Sequence record: LR745206.1
Direction: 5' to 3' (one strand)
Length of the DNA: 64,000 bases
In this document: positions 38,696 to 47,974 of the stretch, in pieces
How positions within the stretch are numbered: the stretch's first letter is position 1
How the letters are laid out: every line of letters begins with the position of its first letter
Made by a program: the position numbers and the translations under genes
Notes under the pieces: generated by a model
Told to the model about the DNA's origin: nothing
What the model saw: the letters and a program-made list of their open reading frames with translations, nothing else
Database searches by the model: none

Positions 38696-39378
38696 AGAAT
38701 TCCTATAAATGTTTTTTCATCATACGTTGTAAATGTTATAAAATTAACACCTACTGATATTTCAACTGATCTATCTATACCTCCGGAGACTCTATCAGAA
38801 TTGTAATCGATTCTATCAATAGTTTTAGATTTTGCCTCAGAATCAAACATTGATTTTAATTCTGTTCTTATATCAGGTGAAATTTCCGTAGTATCTAACT
38901 GAACTGATGATGTTTCAGCATATTCTTCATATTTATTATCAGTTTTTTTAATATCAATAGATTTGGACTTTAAATATCTCTCAACATCTGTTATATTTAT
39001 GAAAATTTCTCTCCATTTTTGACCTCCTATAAATTCATATTTGGAATCACCAACTTCATTTGGTATAGCAACAACAATTAATGATGTATTACTAATAGCC
39101 ATTTTTATTTCATAGTTCTCAATTCTTTCTTTAGCTGATATTATATCTTCAAAATCTTCTATAATAGATTTTAATCTAGTTATTATATTAGATGGGTCTT
39201 GTAAATTATCCAGTATAACACCAAGTCCCCAGGTAAATTTCCATTTTTTATATAAACCGGACCACTTATTACTTTCGACCTTAGGTTCACCCAATACATC
39301 ACAGATATAGGCAAAATTATCCATTATATCTTGGTATTCTGTATCTACGGACTCTAAAAAATTTTTTAAATGCTTCAC
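38692..39378 (-). CDS. hypothetical protein, N-terminal tag, paralog family
   Basis: GTG start MKHLKNFLES; IMDNFAYICDVLG. Confidence 0.7.
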   Translation of the reverse strand: MKHLKNFLESVDTEYQDIMDNFAYICDVLGEPKVESNKWSGLYKKWKFTWGLGVILDNLQDPSNIITRLKSIIEDFEDIISAKERIENYEIKMAISNTSLIVVAIPNEVGDSKYEFIGGQKWREIFINITDVERYLKSKSIDIKKTDNKYEEYAETSSVQLDTTEISPDIRTELKSMFDSEAKSKTIDRIDYNSDRVSGGIDRSVEISVGVNFITFTTYDEKTFIGIL

Positions 39379-39388
39379 AATCTATATA

Positions 39389-40765
39389 TTACTTTTTCTT
39401 AAAGAAATCCCAAAATCCTCTTACCTTCTTTTCTTCTGGTTTCTTTTCTTCTGGTTTTGGTTGATTCTTTTTATTTATCTTCTTCAAAAGATTTATAACA
39501 CCATTTGAATACTTATCACTAACAGATTTGTCAGTATTGTAAATTCTATAATCTTCTTTACTCACATAAAAATATAATGGATTATCCATATCATATTTTC
39601 TATCATTTATAGTATATACTGGTAGTTGATATGTTGGTATTTGTGTGTTTACTACCAAATACCAGTTATCATTTCTATCGAATACCAACCATTTATCTAC
39701 TTTACCAATAAACTGTTTACTTTTAACTATCTCTTCCTCTGTTATTTTACCCTTTTTTAATTTTATACCAACATATAAAATATCATCACTCTTTAAAGCA
39801 TATTCATCTAATATATTTTGTGAAAATCCTGTTAAGTTAACAAAGGTTAGATCATAATTTTTTCTCGTAGCATACATAGCCTTTGGTAAAGAATCACCCA
39901 GTAAAAGCATACCAACATTAGATGAGTAAGTCTTTGAGAAGAAAAGATATATCTCACTCTCATCATCCAAATGCCCATCTGGTAAATTTAAATTATTACA
40001 AACTCTTTCTTTATCAACAACCTTTACCCATGATTTACTAGTACCGATACTTTCACATCCAGGAAATCTCTCATAGAAAGATTTCTTTATACCTTTTATT
40101 AGGTTCAAAATTGTAAAAAGTACACCAAGGAATGTATGATTGTCACTATGTCTTACTTTATCATTATTATCAGAAAAGGCTACATATGATAGATCTTCCG
40201 TATTTAGACTTATACCAAATCTAACCCAACCTTTAGAACTTCTATAATGGTCTAAATAATTATTATCAGGTGTTATTATATTTTTAACATATCTATTATC
40301 AATAACCACCCATTGTTCTGGGTATTTTGAATGATAATTATCCCAATGGCTTTTTGTTTTCAAACACCATGATGGAGAAGCTATCTTTAATATACCTTTA
40401 TGTGTGAAAACTTTGTAATAAGAATATTGTGAATCTTTGTAATATAGTTCTAAATCTTCATCTTTGTCTTTGTCTTCTGCTAGTTCAGTATAGAACATAT
40501 CCAATATTTGATCATAAGATAGTTTGTTTAGTTTATTAACATCAATTTTAGAATTTTTCAAAACATCAAATATAGATTGTATTTCCTCCATATCTTCTAT
40601 CTTATCAACAAACCTAATCTTTGTTAAAATACCGACATATCCATTATTCCCACCACAAATTTCTCTTATTTTAAGATAGTCTTGGTATTCTGGTGAATCT
40701 TGATTTATACCATTTTTATTTAATACAGATTTAGCGTATGCTATGTTTTCATTAATTGATTTCAT
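39389..40765 (-). CDS. hypothetical protein, N-terminal tag
   Basis: Likely start MKSINEN at 40765 after TAATATATA; SWCL...WDNY motif; ends VRGFWDFFKKK. Confidence 0.7.
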   Translation of the reverse strand: MKSINENIAYAKSVLNKNGINQDSPEYQDYLKIREICGGNNGYVGILTKIRFVDKIEDMEEIQSIFDVLKNSKIDVNKLNKLSYDQILDMFYTELAEDKDKDEDLELYYKDSQYSYYKVFTHKGILKIASPSWCLKTKSHWDNYHSKYPEQWVVIDNRYVKNIITPDNNYLDHYRSSKGWVRFGISLNTEDLSYVAFSDNNDKVRHSDNHTFLGVLFTILNLIKGIKKSFYERFPGCESIGTSKSWVKVVDKERVCNNLNLPDGHLDDESEIYLFFSKTYSSNVGMLLLGDSLPKAMYATRKNYDLTFVNLTGFSQNILDEYALKSDDILYVGIKLKKGKITEEEIVKSKQFIGKVDKWLVFDRNDNWYLVVNTQIPTYQLPVYTINDRKYDMDNPLYFYVSKEDYRIYNTDKSVSDKYSNGVINLLKKINKKNQPKPEEKKPEEKKVRGFWDFFKKK

Positions 40766-40831
40766 TATGTATATATTAATAAACAATCGCTAATTATTGT
40801 GTTGGATATTAATATATAAAAATAAAAAGAA

Positions 40832-40975
40832 ATGGCGAAAAAAACCACTACAACAACATCACACAAATTATCTTCTATTAGAAGAAAGAGAAAAGGCGTA
40901 CACTCAAAAAAGAAAAATTCTAAGAGTAAAGGAGCTAAAAACTATAAGAAATCTTACAGAGGACAAGGTAGATAA
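40832..40975 (+). CDS. 47-aa highly basic protein ending YRGQGR
   Basis: Manual ORF MAKKTTTTTSHKLSSIRRKRKGVHSKKKNSKSKGAKNYKKSYRGQGR; TAATATATA at 40810-40818; own terminator. Confidence 0.75.
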   Translation: MAKKTTTTTSHKLSSIRRKRKGVHSKKKNSKSKGAKNYKKSYRGQGR

Positions 40976-40980
40976 TAAAA

Positions 40981-41008
40981 AAAACCCAATCAAAAATGAT
41001 TGGGTTTT
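40981..41008. terminator. bidirectional intrinsic terminator
   Basis: AAAACCCAATCA-AAAA-TGATTGGGTTTT. Confidence 0.85.
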
Positions 41009-41030
41009 TTTATTCAATGATTAAAATCTA

Positions 41031-41462
41031 TTAAGATTCAAGAACTTGAATATCAACGATTTCAATATCAAATTGAATTTCTTTACCAGCTAAAGGATGA
41101 TTACCATCTATAACTACATGAGTCTCTTTTACTTCTTTAACCTTTACAGGTATAGCTTGTCCGTTATCACCAGATGCCTCAAGTGTAAGACCAACCTCAA
41201 CTTCTCCAGGCATTTGCTCTTTTGGTACTTCAACAACCAAATCTTCTCTAAACTCACCATAAGCATCCTCTGGTTTTATAGGCCCAGAAGATATTTTATC
41301 TCCTACATTCTTACCTTCTATGGCTTTTTCGAAGCCAGGTATCATCTGACCAGAACCGAACTGCCAAGTTAATGGATCTCTACCTTCTGAACTATCAAAT
41401 GTTGTACCATCAGTTAATTTGCCTGTATAATGAACACTAACTACATTTCCTTTTTGTATCAT
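41031..41462 (-). CDS. slyD: FKBP-type peptidyl-prolyl isomerase, SlyD-like (no His tail)
   Basis: VSVHYTGKLTDGTTFDSS, GQMIPGFE, IF domain, DGNHPLAGK. Confidence 0.9.
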   Translation of the reverse strand: MIQKGNVVSVHYTGKLTDGTTFDSSEGRDPLTWQFGSGQMIPGFEKAIEGKNVGDKISSGPIKPEDAYGEFREDLVVEVPKEQMPGEVEVGLTLEASGDNGQAIPVKVKEVKETHVVIDGNHPLAGKEIQFDIEIVDIQVLES

Positions 41463-41511
41463 AATATAATTTGTTTTTTATTTGTATTAATAATAAACGA
41501 ATAGTTGTAAA

Positions 41512-41790
41512 TTATTTTACTTTTATTAACAACCATTTCTTTTTATTATCTAGATTTAGATCTATAATATTATTATTCTCTAGTAATCCTATTACCTCCA
41601 AATTATCATCAGGTAGCTTTGTTAAAGTATCATATATCCATTTCTCACCAATTTTATATTGTAATGTATTTCCTAAAAAATCATCAATCTCAAATTCTGA
41701 TGAATATTTTGGTACCTCTATTATTATAATGTCTTTGTATCTAGTCATATTAATTAAATTTTTTAAATGATTTAATATACCTTTTTTCAT
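41512..41790 (-). CDS. hypothetical protein
   Basis: ORF track; true start probably MTRYKD downstream. Confidence 0.5.
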   Translation of the reverse strand: MKKGILNHLKNLINMTRYKDIIIIEVPKYSSEFEIDDFLGNTLQYKIGEKWIYDTLTKLPDDNLEVIGLLENNNIIDLNLDNKKKWLLIKVK

Positions 41791-42229
41791 TAATTATATC
41801 AATACAATTATCTAGATTTATATGTTGAAATTCATGTAACATAGATTTTGATTCATCTATTGTTACCCACTTGAAATCATCAAACTCTGGGAAAGCAGGT
41901 GATACATTTCTATAAACCATAGAATCACATTTTATATCAACATTTTTAAAATCATCATTGACCTTGATATAGAATCCCTTTAGGTACTTATTAGTCTCTC
42001 TGTAACGAACCATTTCCAATTCTTCGACCCTAACCACATTCATTTTATTTAAATCGATATTAGTCTCTTCTAACAATTCTCTTTTAGCTACTTCTAAGTA
42101 GTTATTTTCACCTAAATCCATTCTACCTTTTGGTATTGCCCATATATGATTTTTGAATCCGGTTGGGTGACCAACTAAGAATTTATTATCATTTCTAAAT
42201 AGGTATATTCCACAAGATATTTTCATCAT
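41750..42229 (-). CDS. Nudix hydrolase
   Basis: FLVGHP, WAIPKG...AKRELLEETNI, FPEFDDFKW. Confidence 0.85.
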   Translation of the reverse strand: MMKISCGIYLFRNDNKFLVGHPTGFKNHIWAIPKGRMDLGENNYLEVAKRELLEETNIDLNKMNVVRVEELEMVRYRETNKYLKGFYIKVNDDFKNVDIKCDSMVYRNVSPAFPEFDDFKWVTIDESKSMLHEFQHINLDNCIDIINEKRYIKSFKKFN

Positions 42230-42267
42230 TTATATATAAACTTTTCGTTTTTATTAATTAGAATAGT

Positions 42268-42963
42268 GTGAGAGAATCATTTGATGAATATAAGAAAACA
42301 ATAGAGAATAATTTCTCTAATTTTACATATTTATATGATGGTGATGTTAAATCATCATCAGATGAGTCATATTCTGAAATTGTAACTCATAAAAATACAT
42401 CACCTACTGTTATAATAAATTGTATTATTGATATTTATAATTTAAGTATAAATAATATGATTGGAAACTCAAGTGACTATATAATATCGGATGATTTAAA
42501 GTCACTTAAATCGAATGCTATAAATCATCAAGGTAGTATTTTACACCATCTTGATAATTTACATAAAGAATTAAAATTTGACCCAACTTATATTTTTACT
42601 TCTGTTAATGGTAGGTCTATGTTTTTACCAATAAGAAGTCTACCGACAAATAAACCATTTCCTGATTATTTCTATGAATTACAGAGATATAACAATAAGG
42701 GTTATGATTTATACCTTTGTCCTGTTATTGAAGATTCGGAGGATGAAGTTTCTGTTTATGTAACTGATAAATCCATACAAAGTTTGGTCTATTCAATCCA
42801 AAATATGGATTATGTTGTTGAAGAATATAATGGTTTGTATAGACATACAATAAATTATAATTTTTATGATTGTGATTTTAAGTGTTATAGGTTATTAGTA
42901 AAAGATTTATTGAAAATAAGGGATGATAAAATTAATCAGATATTAGATGATAATAAATTGTAA
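42268..42963 (+). CDS. hypothetical protein, C-terminal tag
   Basis: GTG start; ends IRDDKINQILDDNKL. Confidence 0.7.
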   Translation: MRESFDEYKKTIENNFSNFTYLYDGDVKSSSDESYSEIVTHKNTSPTVIINCIIDIYNLSINNMIGNSSDYIISDDLKSLKSNAINHQGSILHHLDNLHKELKFDPTYIFTSVNGRSMFLPIRSLPTNKPFPDYFYELQRYNNKGYDLYLCPVIEDSEDEVSVYVTDKSIQSLVYSIQNMDYVVEEYNGLYRHTINYNFYDCDFKCYRLLVKDLLKIRDDKINQILDDNKL

Positions 42964-43339
42964 TGATATAGATATTGGAATATCTAAGAGTTTAAATGGG
43001 TTACATAAGTTGAAATCCAATAAATTAGTAAAAGATTTAGTTGAAATTAGTAATATGGAACCTAAAAGAAGCTATATGGTAACATCGATGAATGTTTTTA
43101 ATATAATAGAAAATCATAATAATTTCGAGCCTAGATATTTAGATAAGAAGAATGAACTAACATCTATAAATTTAGTTGGTAGTATATTGGGTATTGATTG
43201 TTATGTAGATCTATACATGAAAGATGATAATATATTACTATATTATGACAAACAATATGCTCGTGATCTAAAGATAGAATCTATATTAGATGGTGTTCCT
43301 GTTAAGGATGAAAAAATTGAAATTAAGGTATATCTTTAA
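42947..43339 (+). CDS. hypothetical protein, possible capsid-fold fragment, with tag
   Basis: YMVTSMNVFNIIE...LVGSILGIDCYVDLYM resembles a gp23 segment; ARDLKIESILDG. Confidence 0.45.
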   Translation: MIINCNDIDIGISKSLNGLHKLKSNKLVKDLVEISNMEPKRSYMVTSMNVFNIIENHNNFEPRYLDKKNELTSINLVGSILGIDCYVDLYMKDDNILLYYDKQYARDLKIESILDGVPVKDEKIEIKVYL

Positions 43340-43624
43340 TTATCTACTTGTATGATTTTTCAAATCATTCCAATGTTGTAATGTTTTGAAAGTAAATAAT
43401 ATTATTATAGCAATGAAAAATCCTATTGCTCCGTAATACCAACCTATTTCAGCGAATCCTTCTTTACCACTAACCAAAACAGCAGTTAACATACCGATAA
43501 TAGCGAAAAGTGGAAACATTCTTTTTAAAGACATAATGAATTTCTTAAATGTGTAACCATCTTGGTGACCACCTTTTACTGGACTAAAGAAGTTTGATAG
43601 TTTGTTTTTAATTTTACCTAGCAT
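43340..43624 (-). CDS. small two-TM membrane protein
   Basis: Two hydrophobic helices. Confidence 0.65.
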   Translation of the reverse strand: MLGKIKNKLSNFFSPVKGGHQDGYTFKKFIMSLKRMFPLFAIIGMLTAVLVSGKEGFAEIGWYYGAIGFFIAIIILFTFKTLQHWNDLKNHTSR

Positions 43625-43633
43625 AATATTTAA

Positions 43634-45625
43634 TTATTTTTTAAATTTAAATTTCTCGAATTTGGCAATAATTTTCTTATTTGTTTTATCAATTATCATT
43701 GAGTCTGCTTTCATTGCCTTACTTAGACCAGCTTCAACAAACTCATCTCTTGTTACTGTTTTTTTATCACCATCTTTATTTAAAAGTTGATATTCAAAGC
43801 TCTCATTCGTGTCTTGTCCTAATAATTCAACACCTTTCGTATCATATTTAACATCACTTCCTGAATTAACAGCATCAATTTTCTCCTTCAAAACATTTAC
43901 AAAATCTCTTGCTATCTTTTTAAGAACATCTACATACTTTTCAGTATCATATGCTATTTTCATCATTCTACTATTATATTTAAGGAAATTAAGACCTGAT
44001 ATATTAGTAATTGATGGGTGACCACCACTGTTTCTTATTATAAGTTCCCAAACTGGTATTTTATTTTCATTTAGTAACTTTTTTTGTTCATCTGTAAGAT
44101 CCTTATATAAAGTATTCATTGCATTTTTCATTTTCTCCTCAGAGATATCAACTTGAACAATTATAGATCCTTCTTTTTTATAAACACAATCTTTATAGAA
44201 AGCTTCTAAATCAGAATATTTAAATCCAACACCTTCGTAACCTTCACCCTCAGCTTTTAACATTTGTTTCCAGTCTTGTGATGTTTCAAATTCTTTTTTG
44301 ATAGATTCTAGAGAAATATAATACTTACTCATCATTGGCTCATATTTAGCTAATACTTCTTTAGCTATCTCACCTAGATTAACGTCTTTAAGTTTTTTCT
44401 CCTTAAATGGGTTACAAGAAACTTGTATAAGACCCATTGGCCAAACTATACAAATAAATTCAGCATCAGGAAAATTCTTAAATGGTGTATACCTATCATA
44501 AGAACCTGGTTTTATCATACTACCACCTCCATATTGCATAAGTATTTTATATTCCTCATCAATATGAATACCCTTAATAGATTTCTTACCAGTAAGTGCT
44601 TTTCTACCTAACCAGGTAACACTATAAACATTCTTTGGTTTTTCTTCTAGATAGTTCTTATCGAATAATCTATCAATATATTTTACATATTCTTCTGTTG
44701 TAATATTCAACCTTTTAGCTAGTTCCTCATCTTGTGAGGCTGGCATATTATTTATACTTTTTAAGATAGCTAATTCTGTTCTACCAACTTCCATAACATC
44801 CCCATCATTACCTTCAACAAATCCATAATCTTTCATTCTTTCGATATAGTTAGTAAGGTTTACTTTTATTTCTTCTGGTGTTGCTAATCTACCAAGTTTA
44901 TCACTTGTTTTTGCGTTATTTATGTAGTTTCTTATGTTATTAAACATTGAGTATAAACTAGGTGTTGAATCTAATACCAAACATTCTAGTATATTTCTAT
45001 TAATGTGATCTCTTTTACTATCCAAAGATGTAACAGTTATTCTTTTATTCTTATATGCTAATAATAACCTATTAACAACAAAACCCATCATATATCTATT
45101 TTTCTGTGGTGTATCACCTTTCTTATAATTGAATATTGAGTTTTGAACATCTTCTGGTTTTATATCATTTCTCAAGAAATCCGCTGAGTCAACTGTTTGT
45201 ATTAACTTTATATCTTGAGCGGTGAATATATCTGAATAAGATACTTCTCCTGATATTATTTCAACATTTGATCTAGCTGATTTGAAATATGTTGATTCGG
45301 TATCCTCAGCACCAACTTGTTTATCATGATGATCGGACTGTATGTGAAACATTGGTTTACCATGAGCAAAATCAACCAATACAGAAAGATTTTCTGGTTT
45401 GTGATTTTTAATAGCATATTCCAATCCACCATATTGTATAATATGACAATCAACTGTTTCTATTTGATAATAATTTTTCAAAAACTCTTTCATAGCTAGA
45501 GCAGATGTAACACCATCAAGATCCTTGTGAAAGTAAATCTCTGCTGTTTTGTGTAATTTAGCTATCTTTGAGATATTTCTCAAACCAACTTCTTCGTTTA
45601 TGAATTGATTATACTTTGATATCAT
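43634..45625 (-). CDS. DHH-superfamily phosphoesterase-like protein with inserted winged helix, N-terminal tag
   Basis: FHKDLDGVTSA, VDFA, SDHHD, GGHPSI; wHTH-like ELAKRLNIT...YIDRLFDKNYL...VTWLGR; MISKYNQFINEE. Confidence 0.7.
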   Translation of the reverse strand: MISKYNQFINEEVGLRNISKIAKLHKTAEIYFHKDLDGVTSALAMKEFLKNYYQIETVDCHIIQYGGLEYAIKNHKPENLSVLVDFAHGKPMFHIQSDHHDKQVGAEDTESTYFKSARSNVEIISGEVSYSDIFTAQDIKLIQTVDSADFLRNDIKPEDVQNSIFNYKKGDTPQKNRYMMGFVVNRLLLAYKNKRITVTSLDSKRDHINRNILECLVLDSTPSLYSMFNNIRNYINNAKTSDKLGRLATPEEIKVNLTNYIERMKDYGFVEGNDGDVMEVGRTELAILKSINNMPASQDEELAKRLNITTEEYVKYIDRLFDKNYLEEKPKNVYSVTWLGRKALTGKKSIKGIHIDEEYKILMQYGGGSMIKPGSYDRYTPFKNFPDAEFICIVWPMGLIQVSCNPFKEKKLKDVNLGEIAKEVLAKYEPMMSKYYISLESIKKEFETSQDWKQMLKAEGEGYEGVGFKYSDLEAFYKDCVYKKEGSIIVQVDISEEKMKNAMNTLYKDLTDEQKKLLNENKIPVWELIIRNSGGHPSITNISGLNFLKYNSRMMKIAYDTEKYVDVLKKIARDFVNVLKEKIDAVNSGSDVKYDTKGVELLGQDTNESFEYQLLNKDGDKKTVTRDEFVEAGLSKAMKADSMIIDKTNKKIIAKFEKFKFKK

Positions 45626-45657
45626 ATTTATTTTTAGTTTGTTTCTTATATATTAAA

Positions 45658-46086
45658 TTAGACAACGTATTTTTTGTCTTGTTTTCTGTGTAAAAATATT
45701 TTAAGGAATGTTCCATTAATTAACTCTTCTGAAATATACCAGCCATATCCATCTAATCTATCATTAGCCACATCAATCAATTCTCTAAATAGTTCAGAAT
45801 CTTTAATATTCTTTAGTTTATGATCATTATCAATGAGTTGGTTCCTGGATCCATCATATAGAGTTGATTTGATTCTTATTTCCATATATGGTATTATTCC
45901 GATTTCAGTCTTTATTCCGCTTCTTTCCACTGAATGTGGATTAATAACAACTGATCTTTCATATTTAAATGTGTTTACATCAAATCCCATATCGGATATA
46001 TCAACAAACATATCATTAACAAAATCTGTGGTTAATCCATTATAATGATCTATTTCATCCGATTCAAAATATTTTAAATATTTCAT
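45658..46086 (-). CDS. hypothetical protein, N-terminal tag, paralog family
   Basis: MKYLKYFES; VNDMFVDISDMGF. Confidence 0.7.
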   Translation of the reverse strand: MKYLKYFESDEIDHYNGLTTDFVNDMFVDISDMGFDVNTFKYERSVVINPHSVERSGIKTEIGIIPYMEIRIKSTLYDGSRNQLIDNDHKLKNIKDSELFRELIDVANDRLDGYGWYISEELINGTFLKIFLHRKQDKKYVV

Positions 46087-47477
46087 TTTTTGATAAATTG
46101 TTGTTTTCCATATCCTTTCATTATTCCTTTTTGATCTCCTTTTTCTTCTGTATCAAATTTAGTATCAAAGAAGTTATCATAATCAGTAACAATTTTAACC
46201 TCAGAATCCATTGCTGCATAAGGTCCTAATTTACCAGAACGATAAACACCACCAAACATATCACCATTTAAATAACCCTCCATAAAATAACAATTATTCA
46301 AGGTACTACCATCAACATTACAATTTAGAACTTTTGAATCATCAGCATCACAATGTTGTAGTTTTGATTTAGTTAGTTGTGACTTAACTATATTACATCC
46401 TATTAGTAAACAGTCATCGAATATACCTTCAACATTACAATTTACCAAATCATATCCTTTTATAGTGGATGTTGATTTTATATTAGCATCAACCACTTCC
46501 ATTGTTTGTGTGGTTGTTACATAATTTATTATACATTCACTCAAACTACTTGAACTATCTACTATATTATGTAATTTATTATAAATCTTATCATAATAAG
46601 CAGATACAACATCATAATTATGATCTTGATCTATTTGTATTTGTATAGTTGGGAAATCAATTATAAAATTATCATAGTTTGATAGGTTTTTATAATTTAG
46701 AATATTTTCTTCTAAATACTCTTCTAGTTTATTTATATCCTCTGATGTAAAATCAGCATCTACTGAATCATACACATTTATTATAAACCTTTCTAGAAAG
46801 TAAATCAACTGACCTAAATTCTTTTCATAATCTTTCCCACCAATATATCTAAACTCCAATCGTTGGCTTTTCTTATCCTCACTCATATGTGTAAAGTTTA
46901 CACCATAATATTTATCATTAGGTAACCTCATGTTGTTTTTAACAACACCAATCGGTATATTAAAGAAATCATATTCTTTATAAGGAATCATCTTCTTTAT
47001 ACTCTTCGCATAAACATTTTCTTTTCTTGATGGGTATGCTCTGTATATTTCATCCTCATCTGTGCTTAATAATAATTTCAAAATATTTAAATCATTCAAA
47101 TCCATATCATCAGCATCAAATGATAAATTGAAGTGTATGGATGATTTCTCATTAGTATATCCATAATTTTGGATAAATTTTATTATCTTAATAAGATAAT
47201 ATTTAGCATCATAAAAAGATAAAGGTCCTGTAACTAACTCAACCATGTTTGATCCACCAGATAAATCTGGTTCAATCTTGAAATTGCTTTCATCAGGTGT
47301 GAAGTTTGAGTGGTACTGTCTAAAACCCCATACTTTAACCGGGTCTAATTCTTGATTTAACATCTCCAATGTTTTATAATAAGATAAATCCTTTAGGTAG
47401 AATTCGAATTCGAATCCAACTTTGGCATACTTAAGCTTATTTGCCTGACTTAGAAATTTATCGGAGTACTTTCTCAT
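46083..47477 (-). CDS. putative amidoligase (COOH-NH2 ligase, Amidoligase_2-like) with C-terminal beta-helix repeats
   Basis: VGFEFEF, IEPDLS, ELVTGPL, SSIHFN, KYYGVNF, RLEFRYIGG; TAATATATA at 47483-47491. Confidence 0.78.
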   Translation of the reverse strand: MRKYSDKFLSQANKLKYAKVGFEFEFYLKDLSYYKTLEMLNQELDPVKVWGFRQYHSNFTPDESNFKIEPDLSGGSNMVELVTGPLSFYDAKYYLIKIIKFIQNYGYTNEKSSIHFNLSFDADDMDLNDLNILKLLLSTDEDEIYRAYPSRKENVYAKSIKKMIPYKEYDFFNIPIGVVKNNMRLPNDKYYGVNFTHMSEDKKSQRLEFRYIGGKDYEKNLGQLIYFLERFIINVYDSVDADFTSEDINKLEEYLEENILNYKNLSNYDNFIIDFPTIQIQIDQDHNYDVVSAYYDKIYNKLHNIVDSSSSLSECIINYVTTTQTMEVVDANIKSTSTIKGYDLVNCNVEGIFDDCLLIGCNIVKSQLTKSKLQHCDADDSKVLNCNVDGSTLNNCYFMEGYLNGDMFGGVYRSGKLGPYAAMDSEVKIVTDYDNFFDTKFDTEEKGDQKGIMKGYGKQQFIKK

Positions 47478-47553
47478 AATGATATATATTAAAAAAGGGG
47501 ATCTATTTTATATTATATATAAAATCGTTAAGAAATCAAAATAAAATTAATCA

Positions 47554-47943
47554 ATGGAATTCTTTTGTGTTTATTGTAGAACTAGAAAAAAGTTCGATAA
47601 GTTTGTAAAAGTTAATCGAATAAAAAATAAATATATTATAGATATAAAGAGGATTGTTGATGAAGAAGAGGTTGACTTCACGGATGATAAAACTTATCTC
47701 AAAATTCTAATCTTTAATAAGATACAGCAAGCTATTGATAAGAAAAAGGATATTTATTATATTCCTGACTTTGATTCAGACTTTTCAATCGAAAAATTAT
47801 TAAACCTCAAAAAGATATTAGGTGATAATAATTTCAATGTACTCATTTTCTATAATGAGTTTAGAAGAAATCCAGAAATAATGGATGATGTTCTTTCAAA
47901 CCTTTCAAAATTTTCAAACAGTCAAATCATTAGAGATTACTAA
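47554..47943 (+). CDS. hypothetical protein
   Basis: ORF track. Confidence 0.65.
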   Translation: MEFFCVYCRTRKKFDKFVKVNRIKNKYIIDIKRIVDEEEVDFTDDKTYLKILIFNKIQQAIDKKKDIYYIPDFDSDFSIEKLLNLKKILGDNNFNVLIFYNEFRRNPEIMDDVLSNLSKFSNSQIIRDY

Positions 47944-47974
47944 TAATTAATATATACTAAAAAAGTATATCATT

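Noticed and set aside
40797-41024. Track ORF MCWILIYK...
   Set aside because: Wrong frame; it runs through the promoter and terminator, whereas 40832-40975 fits both
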